A stretch of DNA of 64,000 nt from Myxococcota bacterium (GTDB lineage Bacteria; Myxococcota_A; UBA9160; UBA4427): NCBI GenBank assembly GCA_965250285.1, contig OZ252299.1, positions 4,736,001 through 4,800,000 of the forward strand, read 5' to 3'. Shown here one piece after another: positions 28,265-38,289 of this stretch. Below the pieces are notes generated by a model that saw only the letters and a program-made list of their open reading frames with translations, did not search any database and had not been told where the DNA came from. Every line of letters starts with the position of its first letter. Position 1 is the stretch's first letter. A program made the position numbers and the translations under genes.

Positions 28265-31200
28265 TCACGCCGATTCTGCCTCGCCCGCCGCGCGGTCGAG
28301 CGCTTCGATCAAGAACGCCCGCATCTCGACCGGGTCGACGATCGCACCCAGCGAGCCGACCTCCTTGGCGCGTTCGACGCTGTGCACGTGGTCGAACTCG
28401 GCTGCCACCTCGGCCTGCTTCTCGAGCGTGACCTCCCGGAGCAGCTCGTCGAACTCTTCGCGCGCCCGGGCCGACGGGTTCCAGCGCAGCGCGCGCTGCT
28501 TCTCGGCCACGCGCGGATCGGCCACGGCGAGCGCGCGCACCTCGCGCACGAAGACGACGCTTGCCGCCGGGCCACCCCCGATCACCGATGCGAACGAACC
28601 GGTCAGTGCCGAAGCCTCGAGCGACGGGTTCAGCTCCTGGCTGAACACGACGTAAGCGCCGCCGTGGTAGCGCGACACGACGAGGAAGAGGATCGGCCCC
28701 TCGAAGTTCACGACCGCCCGAGCGATCTCGGCTCCGTACTCGAGCTGAAGCTTTCGAAGCGACTCGGGCGAACCGTCGAAGCCCGAGAGGTTCGCGAGGA
28801 GCACCACGGGCCGATTGCCGCTCGCCGCGTTGATCGCGCGAGCCACCTTCTTCGACGAGTACGGGAAGAGGGTGCCGCCGTTCCAGGCCTCGGGGCCGTC
28901 GATCGGCCGGTAGCCGTCACGGTCGACCGTGTGGCTCTCGATGCCGATCAGCTCGATGGCGCGACCACCGAGGTGCGTATCCCAGACGATCGCGGTCTCG
29001 CCGCCGACCATACCCTTCCAGCGCTCGAGATGTCCACCGTCCTGATCGACCAGTGCGTCCATCACGACGCGCATCGCGAAGGGTCGCTTGCGGCCGGGGT
29101 TCGTGTCGTCGTCGAAGATCTCGCCGACGTTGGTGAAGTCGAACGCGACGTCGGCGCGCAAGATCGGCGCATCGCCGATGTTGCGCGTGACTTGGTCCTT
29201 GGTCGGATACGGCCTCGGTCCGCGCTCCCCCGGCACGACGTAGGTGTACCGGTAGTGCTCGTACAGGATGTGGAACGCCTCGGAGACGCTGCGGGCGTAG
29301 AACTGCGCCTCGCCGTTCGGTCCCATGATGCGCTCGTAGCCGCCGATCGCGCCTTCGTCCTCGGCCGATACGCTCCCCGCGGCCTCGAGCGCGCGGCGGC
29401 CGGTCAGCACCATCGACGCCTTCTGGGTCATGATCAGAACGCCGCGGGTGTGCGGCAGCATCGTCGCGAGCGCGTCGAAGTACGCCTGCGCGCCGATGTT
29501 GACCCCGGCGACGATGACGTGGATCACCCCGTCGTTCTGCGTGAACTGAACGATCCGGCGCACGACCCGCGCCGTCGCATCGAGGTTCTCGGTTCCGCTG
29601 TCCATCGCGATGCGCGCGCCGCTCGACACCGCGACCCATTCGAGGGGCACGCCCAGCTCTTCGGCGAGATCCATCGCCGCGACGAGGCGATCGCACTCGG
29701 GTGCAGCGAGCGCACCCATGTGCTTCGTCGGGTCAGAGATCACGAGCACGCGCTTCATGCCCTCGGGCACCTTCGCGGTGGGCGTCGAGATCAAGCCGAA
29801 CACCACGCCCGCTTCGTTCAGGCCCGGTCCGCGGCCGGCAACACTCGTCGCCCGGGCGATGTTCGAGTCGGCATCGAGGTCGTACTCCTCGAACACACCG
29901 GCGGGCAGCGCCGGCCGTTCGGGATCACGGGCCGCATCGACCACCGACTGATCGCCCGTCGTCAGCATGCCGATGATCTCGAACGGGTAGATCTGGCGCG
30001 CACGCCGAGCGGCCACGACGGCCCGCTCGTGATCTTCGGCGGGGCGCAGAGGATCGAGCTGCGGCGGCCTGGCCTCGATCTCGGTCTGGTCACCGGTGTC
30101 GGTAATGACGATCTCGGTGGGACGCGCCGGCGCGTCGGGTTGATCGCGGTCGAGCAGGTTGAGTCGCACGATCACCTTCTCGAGGCCGAGATGCCGGGTC
30201 GAAGGTGCGAGGCGCCGAGCAACGTCATTCGCCTGGTCGAGATCGAGGAAGATCTCGGGCGCGACCGAGATCTTGATCCGATTCCACTGCAATCGCCGAC
30301 GGGGATCCCGCATCTGAAGGATCGATCGCAGGCTGCGCGTCGAGCGATTGAAGACGCGCTCGAACGCGGCCAGGTGGTGCGAGAGCTCCTTGCCCGACTC
30401 GGGTGAGCGGTCGCGTGCATCGGCGAGCACGAAGACCCGCTCGTCGCCCGGGACATCCTTGGCTCGGCCGTGGAAGGCGTAGATGCCTTCGTCCGAGGGG
30501 ATTCGCTCGAGCTCGAAGTTCGCGACGCGGTCGAGGCCGATTCGCTCGGCGGTCTCCGGGTGCAGGTCGTAGAGATCCGAGCGCATCACGTAGCCGCCGG
30601 AGACCGGCTCCCAGGTACGGAAGACGTGATCGATGCCGCCCTCGCGCGACAGCAGGCCGAGCGTGAAGCGACAATGCGGGGCGGCGGCCGACAGGGTTCG
30701 CTCGATGATGGGAGCCACCGCCTCGAGGTCGACCTCTTCGCCGGGCGGCACGACGACCTCGGCCGCGTGAATCGGCGTTCCGGGCGCGCGTTCGGCCATG
30801 CGACCGACGCCGCGACAGACGCGCTCCACCACGTCGGCGACGTCGCCGCTGCGCGCGATCGCCGCCATCACGAGACCGACCTCGGGATACTCGACACAGT
30901 GGATGCGGGTCTCGTCGACGATCGCCGTGCGATACGCGAGCGGCGACCGCGGCGCGTAGCGGCGCTGGGTGTGGGCGGCGAGCGCGATCTCGCTGCGCGC
31001 CGGATCGTCGAGCTCGATCCAATGACCGACTCGCTCGAAGACGCGACGCGGGGCCGCCGCGAGCTCGAGCAGCACCTCGGTCGGCGGCACGGTCAGCTCG
31101 GTCTCGGCCGACTCGAGCCACGCGTCGACGTTCTCCGAAGTCCGCGCAGCGCGTCGCTCGATGCCGGGCTGAAGGAAGCTCAGGTAGCTCGCCTCGAGGG

Positions 31201-33907
31201 CGGCGTCGGCGATGACGTCGCCGACCTGGGGACGCAGCCGGGCGATCCGGGCGAGCGTGAGAGCGAGCACCCGGTCGTGCTCGAGCACCACGCCGGCGTC
31301 GGCGAGCGCCGACAGCTGTCGCAACATGCCGAGGACGAGCTGATGGCGCAGCTTCGACTCGAGCCGAATCGACAGCATGCGCAGCACCGCCCGCTCGAGC
31401 GCACCGGAGGGCTCGAGATCGGTGATGCCGTAGTGACGCAGGGCCCCGCGCATCGCTTCGAGGAACTCTTCGGCGATGCCCTCGGTGCCGGCGCGCATGC
31501 GTCGGACGAACATGCGGAAGCGCGCGTCGTTCGAGGGGCCGAACTCACCCGAGACCGAGGCGCGCGGTGCCTTGATGAAGATCTCTTCGATGTCGGCGAA
31601 CGTCTCGAGCTCGTGTCGAATCTGCGCGAGCTCGAGAGCGAACTCACTCGGTAGATCCTCGGGCAGATCGGCTTCGAGCAGCGCTACGAGCCGCGCCGAG
31701 CGTTCGGCGTTCGCGTCGTAACCGAGCACGACGCGGCGAATCTCTTCGCGCACCGTGGCGGCGGCTTCGCGCCGCGCGTCGGGATCGGCGTTCGCGGCCG
31801 AGACCAGGGCGGGCGCCCCGAGCGGCCCTTCGGCGCCGGGCTCGAAGAGCAGCGCGAGCGGATCGACCTGCGCCGGCAGCTCGACGCGACCGGTCGCACT
31901 GCCTGCCTCGCCTTCATCGCGCGGCGTCTCGATCACGAGCAGCACGTCGCCGGCCGCCACCTGCTGACCGGCGTGCACGAGCACTTCGCTCACGGTGCCC
32001 GACACGGGCGCGCGGAAGCCGATCTCCATCTTCATCGCTTCGAGCAGGCCGAGCGGGTCGCCCGCCTCGACCTCGTCCCCCACCGCAACGCCCACCGACA
32101 CGACCATCGCCGGCGACGTCGACCGCACCTGGCCGGCCGTCTGCAACCCATAGCGATGCGCGATGCCATCGACCTCGAGGCGAAGCGACAGCTCGCTCGC
32201 GTCGTAGACCACGCGTCGCACTCGACCGTCGATTTCGAACCGGGCGCGGTGCTCGTCCTCTTCGCGAAGACGTGCCGAGACGACGCGACCGTCGAGGTGC
32301 ACGCGATACCGCCAAGAACCGATCGCGTAGACCATGACGCGATAGCTCTCGCCATCCTTCGAGAGGTCGACCTGCTGGCCCTCGCTCGGCGGGATCCGCT
32401 CGCGCGAGACCGCGCTCGAGTCAGCGAAGAAGAACTCCCGCGCGCGCGCCCGCGCCTGCTGATACGCGATGATCGCGGCGCCGACGAACGCGTCTTCGGC
32501 CAGACCGTCGGCCCGCGGCTCGGCTGCACGCCGCGCGTCGTTGAAGCCGTCGAGCCAGCGCGTGTCGACCGGGCCGGCCCGGACCGCTTCGGCGTCGAGC
32601 ACGTCGAGCAGGTAGCCCTTGTTCGTGGCCCCGCCCTCGACGACGAGCTCGAAGTCGCGCAGGGCCACGGCGAGTCGACCGCGCGCCTCTTCGCGGGTGT
32701 CGCCCGTCGCGATCACCTTGGCGATCAGGCTGTCGAAGTCGGAAGAAATGGTGGTGCCCGCGGTGACGCCCGAGTCGAGTCGGACGCGCGGCCCCAGCGC
32801 TGGGTCGAAGCACACGATCCGGCCCGGCGACGGCAGGAAGTCTTCGTCGGGGTCTTCGGCGCAGACGCGCGCTTCGAGCGCGACGCCCCGCTCCTGGATC
32901 TCGAGGCCCGAGATCGATTCGCCGCGTGCGATGCGGATCTGCGTCTGCACGAGATCGACGCCGGTGATCTCTTCGGTGATGCCGTGCTCGACCTGCAGGC
33001 GCGGATTGACCTCGAGAAAGTAGAACTGATCGCCCTCGAGCAGAAACTCGACCGTGCCGACGCCGCTGTACGAAACGTGCTTCGCCATGCGAACGGCCGA
33101 GGCCTCGATTGCATCGCGCACGGCGCGCGGGAGACCGGGCGGGGGCGCTTCTTCGAGCACCTTCTGGTTGCGACGCTGAACCGAGCAGTCGCGACTGCCC
33201 ACCGCGATCACGTGACCGTGCTGATCGGCCGCGATCTGCACCTCGATGTGTCGGCCGCCCGTGACGAGCTTCTCGCAGAAGAGATCGCCGTTGCCGAAGG
33301 CCGAGAGCGCCTCGGAGCTCGCCGATTCGAAGGCCGCCGGCAGATCCTCGGGCTCGAAGACGAGGCGAATCCCGCGCCCACCGCCGCCCGCCGTCGCCTT
33401 GACGACGACCGGGTAGCCGATCTGTTCGGCCTGCTCGACCGCGTCTTCGACGTTCTCGAGCGCACGCCCGCTCCACGCGGTGACGGGCACGCCCGCCTTC
33501 TCGGCGAGCTGCTTCGACGTGATCTTGTCGCCGAGCCCGGCCATTGCGTCGGCGCTCGGGCCGAGAAAAGCGATCCCCGCCTCGGCCAGCTTCGTCACGA
33601 ACTTCGGATCTTCGGCGACGAAGCCCCAACCGGGCCACACCGCATCGACGCGCATCTGCTTGAGCGCATCGATCACGCGCTCGTGGTTCAGGTAGGCGGC
33701 GACGGCGCCGTCGTCGCTCGGGATCTCGATGCTCTCATCGGCGTGGCGAACGAAGGGCGTGTCGCGGTCGGGGTCGGTGAAGATCGCGATGGCGGAGAGC
33801 TCCCGCCCCTCGACTGCACGCAGCGCCTTCACGGCGCGAATGCAGCGCATGGCGGCTTCACCGCGGTTCACGATACCGAGACGACGAATCGGGCGACCGA
33901 GCGTCAA
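28265..33907 (-). CDS. Single-chain multidomain biotin-dependent acyl-CoA carboxylase (BC-BCCP-central-CT), 1880 aa
   Basis: NRGEAA, WPGWGF.AE, GGGGRGIR, RDCSVQRRNQK, EVNPRLQVEH; biotinyl EAMKM; CT motifs SSGARI, LANLSGFDG, GGAYVVF. Confidence 0.92.
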   Translation of the reverse strand: MTLGRPIRRLGIVNRGEAAMRCIRAVKALRAVEGRELSAIAIFTDPDRDTPFVRHADESIEIPSDDGAVAAYLNHERVIDALKQMRVDAVWPGWGFVAEDPKFVTKLAEAGIAFLGPSADAMAGLGDKITSKQLAEKAGVPVTAWSGRALENVEDAVEQAEQIGYPVVVKATAGGGGRGIRLVFEPEDLPAAFESASSEALSAFGNGDLFCEKLVTGGRHIEVQIAADQHGHVIAVGSRDCSVQRRNQKVLEEAPPPGLPRAVRDAIEASAVRMAKHVSYSGVGTVEFLLEGDQFYFLEVNPRLQVEHGITEEITGVDLVQTQIRIARGESISGLEIQERGVALEARVCAEDPDEDFLPSPGRIVCFDPALGPRVRLDSGVTAGTTISSDFDSLIAKVIATGDTREEARGRLAVALRDFELVVEGGATNKGYLLDVLDAEAVRAGPVDTRWLDGFNDARRAAEPRADGLAEDAFVGAAIIAYQQARARAREFFFADSSAVSRERIPPSEGQQVDLSKDGESYRVMVYAIGSWRYRVHLDGRVVSARLREEDEHRARFEIDGRVRRVVYDASELSLRLEVDGIAHRYGLQTAGQVRSTSPAMVVSVGVAVGDEVEAGDPLGLLEAMKMEIGFRAPVSGTVSEVLVHAGQQVAAGDVLLVIETPRDEGEAGSATGRVELPAQVDPLALLFEPGAEGPLGAPALVSAANADPDARREAAATVREEIRRVVLGYDANAERSARLVALLEADLPEDLPSEFALELAQIRHELETFADIEEIFIKAPRASVSGEFGPSNDARFRMFVRRMRAGTEGIAEEFLEAMRGALRHYGITDLEPSGALERAVLRMLSIRLESKLRHQLVLGMLRQLSALADAGVVLEHDRVLALTLARIARLRPQVGDVIADAALEASYLSFLQPGIERRAARTSENVDAWLESAETELTVPPTEVLLELAAAPRRVFERVGHWIELDDPARSEIALAAHTQRRYAPRSPLAYRTAIVDETRIHCVEYPEVGLVMAAIARSGDVADVVERVCRGVGRMAERAPGTPIHAAEVVVPPGEEVDLEAVAPIIERTLSAAAPHCRFTLGLLSREGGIDHVFRTWEPVSGGYVMRSDLYDLHPETAERIGLDRVANFELERIPSDEGIYAFHGRAKDVPGDERVFVLADARDRSPESGKELSHHLAAFERVFNRSTRSLRSILQMRDPRRRLQWNRIKISVAPEIFLDLDQANDVARRLAPSTRHLGLEKVIVRLNLLDRDQPDAPARPTEIVITDTGDQTEIEARPPQLDPLRPAEDHERAVVAARRARQIYPFEIIGMLTTGDQSVVDAARDPERPALPAGVFEEYDLDADSNIARATSVAGRGPGLNEAGVVFGLISTPTAKVPEGMKRVLVISDPTKHMGALAAPECDRLVAAMDLAEELGVPLEWVAVSSGARIAMDSGTENLDATARVVRRIVQFTQNDGVIHVIVAGVNIGAQAYFDALATMLPHTRGVLIMTQKASMVLTGRRALEAAGSVSAEDEGAIGGYERIMGPNGEAQFYARSVSEAFHILYEHYRYTYVVPGERGPRPYPTKDQVTRNIGDAPILRADVAFDFTNVGEIFDDDTNPGRKRPFAMRVVMDALVDQDGGHLERWKGMVGGETAIVWDTHLGGRAIELIGIESHTVDRDGYRPIDGPEAWNGGTLFPYSSKKVARAINAASGNRPVVLLANLSGFDGSPESLRKLQLEYGAEIARAVVNFEGPILFLVVSRYHGGAYVVFSQELNPSLEASALTGSFASVIGGGPAASVVFVREVRALAVADPRVAEKQRALRWNPSARAREEFDELLREVTLEKQAEVAAEFDHVHSVERAKEVGSLGAIVDPVEMRAFLIEALDRAAGEAESA

Positions 33908-34602
33908 GCGCAGACCTCACGTACACGGCGCGCCACGGGTCGCGTGAGTGACCGGGCGCGGCGAACGTCGCGCTGCGACCAGGCGCAGGCGACGAATCGA
34001 CCGTGATGGGAGAGGGATACGTCGATCGACGCATCCTTCCCATCGACCATCACCACCGGCACGCGGGCGCGCCGGTCGAGAGAGAGGCGAGCACGGGGCA
34101 CGCCGAGCGCCGCGGCGAGGCGGCGGATCAAGCGGCGGCGCACGTACGCCGAGGGATCGATATCGCTGTGGCCACTCGCGGCCGGCAGCGCGGCAATCTC
34201 CGACTGCGGGGCCAGATCGCCGTCGCGCCAGGCCGTCACATGGACGCGGTCGGCTTCGGCATGGGTCTCGACACGCAGCCGCAGATCGGCGAGCCGACCG
34301 GCGTTCGGCCCTGCGAAGGTGACCCAGCCGAACCCGTGAACGAGGTCGCCCTCGACGCGACGAGTGTCGGTCTCGACCTCGAAGCTCGACGGAGAGAAGA
34401 CCGTCGCGCGATGCCCGCGCTTGACCGCCTTGTAGGCGGCCTCTTTCGCGGCCCACAGCTCCCAGCGGGCGCGATCGGCGTCGGGCCGTTCGGCGAGCCA
34501 CGCACGCTCCGCGGCAGCGAAGGTGCGCTCATCGAAGCGCGGCGAGTACGTCGACGCATCGGCGTCGACATCGGCCAGATCGACGATGTCGTTACCGACC
34601 AT
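33904..34602 (-). CDS. 4'-phosphopantetheinyl transferase family protein
   Basis: VGNDIVDL, WAAKEAAYK, SLSHHGRFVA. Confidence 0.88.
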   Translation of the reverse strand: MVGNDIVDLADVDADASTYSPRFDERTFAAAERAWLAERPDADRARWELWAAKEAAYKAVKRGHRATVFSPSSFEVETDTRRVEGDLVHGFGWVTFAGPNAGRLADLRLRVETHAEADRVHVTAWRDGDLAPQSEIAALPAASGHSDIDPSAYVRRRLIRRLAAALGVPRARLSLDRRARVPVVMVDGKDASIDVSLSHHGRFVACAWSQRDVRRARSLTRPVARRVREVCA

Positions 34603-35353
34603 CGACGTGCGCCTCTTCCATGCGCTTCAGCTGGCCGACGATCTGTTGCGCGATGTCGCGGCTGCGGCGCGCGCCGCGGTGGTCGCTCTTCGGTTCGATG
34701 CACGCGATGTCGACGTAGATCGAGTCGCCCTGCGCCGGATAGTCGCTCCAGCTCTCCTGGCTGCGACCGCGCAGGTACACGCAGAGCACGCGGCAGCCCT
34801 CTACGCCGCCGACGATCCGCCCGACGCCCCAGGCCGCTGCGCTCTCTTCGACCCGACCGCTGCGCGACCGGCCACCCTCCGGAAAGAGCAGGGCGACCTC
34901 GCGCTGCTCGAGGGCGTACGAGATGCGACCGAGCACGGCGGCCACATCCTGGCGATCGCCGCCGCGGCGAATCGGTATGCACTTGCCGAGATAGACGAGC
35001 ACCCGTCGGAGCGGCGTCGTCGCGAAGTTCGTTTCTTCGGGCGTGTTCCAGGGCAGCGTGTCGTAGTCGAACACGTAGGCCCACGGCCCGCGCAGCGCCC
35101 ACGCGATCAGGAACGAATCGACGAGCGTCAGGTGGTTGCCGCAGATCAGCAGGGGCGCATTCGAAGCGCGGCGAATCGCGCGGTACTCGGCGCGGATCCG
35201 CTTCAGGTCTTCGATGCGATAGCCATTGCGCCAACGCATGATCGCAGCGGCGGCGGGCACCCATAGGGGTGCCACCAGCCAGCCGACCAGCCGCTGGACC
35301 GCGTGCGCCCTGCGCATACGTCGTAGATCGTCCGTGGATGCGTTGCCCGTCAA
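34592..35353 (-). CDS. PlsC-like lysophospholipid acyltransferase
   Basis: NHLTLVD (HxxxxD), IPIRRG, FPEGGRS. Confidence 0.88.
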   Translation of the reverse strand: MTGNASTDDLRRMRRAHAVQRLVGWLVAPLWVPAAAAIMRWRNGYRIEDLKRIRAEYRAIRRASNAPLLICGNHLTLVDSFLIAWALRGPWAYVFDYDTLPWNTPEETNFATTPLRRVLVYLGKCIPIRRGGDRQDVAAVLGRISYALEQREVALLFPEGGRSRSGRVEESAAAWGVGRIVGGVEGCRVLCVYLRGRSQESWSDYPAQGDSIYVDIACIEPKSDHRGARRSRDIAQQIVGQLKRMEEAHVDGR

Positions 35354-35423
35354 GGAGCCCCCTCCAGGCGCACCTCGCCGGATCCCGATCTCGCAGCACC
35401 GCCGCGTCGCGGCGGCACGGGGA

Positions 35424-35672
35424 TCAGCCGAGCTTCTCGAGGATCAAGTTCACCGAGTCACCGACCGTGTTGACGCTGTCGACGTCCTCGTCGGCGATCT
35501 CGATGTCGAACTCGTCCTCGAAGGCAATCACGACATCGACGAGTCGGGCCGAGTTGACCTTGAGATCGTCGAGGATGTTCGTCTCCATCGACACGCTGGC
35601 CAGCGCATCTTCGTTCTTGACCCACGGCGTGAGAATCTTGACCACCCGCTCCATCACTTCGCCCTGGTCCAT
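35424..35672 (-). CDS. Acyl carrier protein (atypical NSA attachment motif)
   Basis: 82 aa acidic; DDLKVNSARLVDVVIAFEDEFDIEI.DED...TVGD; GGAGGAG RBS. Confidence 0.92.
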   Translation of the reverse strand: MDQGEVMERVVKILTPWVKNEDALASVSMETNILDDLKVNSARLVDVVIAFEDEFDIEIADEDVDSVNTVGDSVNLILEKLG

Positions 35673-35811
35673 CGTCGCTCCTCCTTCTTCTACTTACGTG
35701 ATCACGTGCTGTCGTGCTCACGCCGATCCGGCGCCCATCTGTCACGAACCGGGTGCACCCACGTCGGGCGCCACCGATTCGAGGGCCATCGAAGACCGCC
35801 CCCGGCGGCCT

Positions 35812-37089
35812 TCAGCCCTCCCACTTCTTGAAGACGAGGCACGCATTCACGTCGCCAAAGCCGAAGCCCGCCTTCATGATCACCTTCATGTCGGGCTGCT
35901 CACGCAGCTCGTGCGGAATCGAGGCCGCATGCGGCTCGATCTCCGGATGAACGTCTTCGCAGTTGATCGAGGGATGCACCCACCCGCCCGAAACCATCAG
36001 CACTGCGGCGACGGATTCGACGGCGCCCGCGGCGCCCAGGGCGTGCCCGATCATCGATTTCGTACTCGTGATGGTAGGAAGCTCGCCGGGCCCGCGCCCT
36101 AGGGCCTTCGCCCAGCTGCCGACCTCGCGCGGGTCGGCGCCGGTCGCCGTCAGGTGGCCGCTGATCGCGTCGACGTCGTCGGCGGTGATGCCCGCGTCGT
36201 CCATGGCGAGCTGGATGCAGCGCCGAACGCTCTCGGGATTCGGGGCCGTCATGCTGCCCCCCATGCGGTGGCCGCCGCAGTTGATGCCGGATCCGCCCAC
36301 CTCGGCCCAGATCTTCGCGCCCCGAGCCTGGGCACTCTCGAGGCTCTCGAGCAGCACCACGCCAGCGCCGGAGCCCGGGATGAAGCCACCCGCCGAGGCA
36401 CTCATCGGCCGCGACGCCTTCTCGGGTGCGTCGTTCGAGCCTCGGTTGAGCACCCGCATTGCGTCGAAACCGGCCCAGATATAGTGGCTCGCCGCCTCCG
36501 AGCCGCCGCAGAGCATGCGCTCGGCCTGTCCGTGTCGAATGCGATCGAGCCCCATCGCGATCGCCTCGGTGCCCGTGCTGCAGGCGCTCGAATTCGTCGT
36601 GACCTGGTTGCCGAGGGCGAACTGACCCGAGATGCGGGCCGAGATGCCGCTCGCCATCACCTGCTCGACGGCGGTCGAGCCCAGGCGGCGCAGCTTCCCG
36701 GCGTCGGTGAGCGGCACGACCTTCTCGCCGATCGTGTCCATCCCGCCGATGCCCGTGCCGATGATCGCGCCGGTATCCCAGTGGACCGTGTCGTCTTCGC
36801 GGGACGGCCGCTCGAGCCCGGCGTCCGCCCACGCCTCCACCGCCGCGAGGCTCGCGTAGCGGTGGTTCATGTTCATCGCGAGGAGCTCGTCCTCTTCGAA
36901 CGTCGACTCGGCCAGCGCGTCGATGCCTTCGCAAGAGCCCGCCACCGTGCAGCCGAACTTGTGCTCGACCATCACCTCCTGGTGCCGGATGCCCGACTGC
37001 CCCTTCTTGAGAGACGTTTCGAACGCATCTCGCCCGTTGCCGTTGGGCGCGATGATGCCGAGACCGGTAATGACCACACGCCGTGTCAT
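35812..37089 (-). CDS. Beta-ketoacyl-ACP synthase (FabB/FabF family)
   Basis: RRVVITGLG, SSAC active site, GHLTAT, TKSMIGHALGAAG, FGFGDVNA. Confidence 0.93.
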   Translation of the reverse strand: MTRRVVITGLGIIAPNGNGRDAFETSLKKGQSGIRHQEVMVEHKFGCTVAGSCEGIDALAESTFEEDELLAMNMNHRYASLAAVEAWADAGLERPSREDDTVHWDTGAIIGTGIGGMDTIGEKVVPLTDAGKLRRLGSTAVEQVMASGISARISGQFALGNQVTTNSSACSTGTEAIAMGLDRIRHGQAERMLCGGSEAASHYIWAGFDAMRVLNRGSNDAPEKASRPMSASAGGFIPGSGAGVVLLESLESAQARGAKIWAEVGGSGINCGGHRMGGSMTAPNPESVRRCIQLAMDDAGITADDVDAISGHLTATGADPREVGSWAKALGRGPGELPTITSTKSMIGHALGAAGAVESVAAVLMVSGGWVHPSINCEDVHPEIEPHAASIPHELREQPDMKVIMKAGFGFGDVNACLVFKKWEG

Positions 37090-37556
37090 CGAGGTACTCC
37101 CATGCCGGAGAGTTCACCCGCACAGACCACGGTGCCGTCGTCGAGCCGCATCTCGACGTCGCACCGCAGCTTCTTGCGCCGGAAGAACTTCACCCGGCCC
37201 GTCGTCGTCACGCGATCCCCGGGCTTCACCATGCCACTGAACTCGACGTTCGCGTCGGTGAAGACGGTGATCAGCTTCTCGACCTCCTCTTGTGAATGGT
37301 CGAGCGCGTAGAGATAGATGCCGAACGCGACGACACCCGCCTGCGCCATCGTCTCGATGAGAATCACACCCGGCGTGATCGGATTGCCGGGGAAGTGACC
37401 GCGGTAGAAGTCCTCGTCGGCCTTGAACGTATAGCTGGCGACGATGTGCTCGCGGTCGAGCTCGGCGATCTCGTCGATGAAGCGGAAGGGGGCCTGCTGG
37501 GGCACGAGCCCGAGCACCTCTTCTTTCGACAGCTCGACGCCTGCGATCTCAGCCAC
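37086..37556 (-). CDS. FabZ-family 3-hydroxyacyl-ACP dehydratase
   Basis: PQQAPFRFID, FYRGHFPGNPITPGVILIETMAQ, VKPGD. Confidence 0.9.
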   Translation of the reverse strand: MAEIAGVELSKEEVLGLVPQQAPFRFIDEIAELDREHIVASYTFKADEDFYRGHFPGNPITPGVILIETMAQAGVVAFGIYLYALDHSQEEVEKLITVFTDANVEFSGMVKPGDRVTTTGRVKFFRRKKLRCDVEMRLDDGTVVCAGELSGMGVPR

Positions 37557-38286
37557 CGTACATGCCCCCATTCACGTGCACGACCGTGCCGTTCACGTAG
37601 CTCGCCCGCGTCGAAAGGTAGGCGACGACGTCGGCGACCTCGTCGGCCGTGCCCATGCGGCCCTGGGGAATGCGCGAGAGGATCGCCTCCTTCACCTCTT
37701 CGGGCAGCTCCTCGGTCATCTCAGTGTCGATGAAGCCCGGTGCCACCGAGTTCACCAGGATCTCACGCCCCGCGAGCTCTTGCGCGAGGGATTTCGTGAA
37801 CGCATCGAGGCCGGCCTTCACCATCGTGTACGGGATCTGGCCCGGATTGCCGGTGTGCCCGACGACGCTCGAGATGTTCACGATGCGTCCATTGCCCTTG
37901 CGGAACATGAAGCGACGCAGCACCAGCTTGGTGAGATACCAGCTGCCGCGCGCGACGCCCGCGACATCGTCGTACTGATCGAGGTTCATCGACAGCATCG
38001 GTGCATTGATGTTGAAGCCCGCGTTGTTCACGAGCACGTCGACGCGTCCAGCCTCTTCCTTCAACGTCTTGATCAGCGCATCGACCGACTCGGGGTCGGT
38101 CAGATCGGCCTTGACGGTGAATGCGTCGGGCAGCTCGGCTGCGAGCTTCTTCGCCTTCTCCTCGCTCGAGCGATGGTGCACGGCCACACGGAAGCCCTCG
38201 GCCGCAAGCGCACGACAGCACGCCGCACCGATGCCGGTGCCTCCACCCGTCACGAGGGCGACGGGCTTTTCTTCGGGTTCGCTCAA
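37549..38286 (-). CDS. fabG: 3-oxoacyl-ACP reductase (FabG-like)
   Basis: TGGGTGIG, NNAG, NISSVVG..GNPGQ..Y...K, VAPGFIDTEMT, VNGGMY. Confidence 0.88.
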   Translation of the reverse strand: MSEPEEKPVALVTGGGTGIGAACCRALAAEGFRVAVHHRSSEEKAKKLAAELPDAFTVKADLTDPESVDALIKTLKEEAGRVDVLVNNAGFNINAPMLSMNLDQYDDVAGVARGSWYLTKLVLRRFMFRKGNGRIVNISSVVGHTGNPGQIPYTMVKAGLDAFTKSLAQELAGREILVNSVAPGFIDTEMTEELPEEVKEAILSRIPQGRMGTADEVADVVAYLSTRASYVNGTVVHVNGGMYGG

Positions 38287-38289
38287 CGC

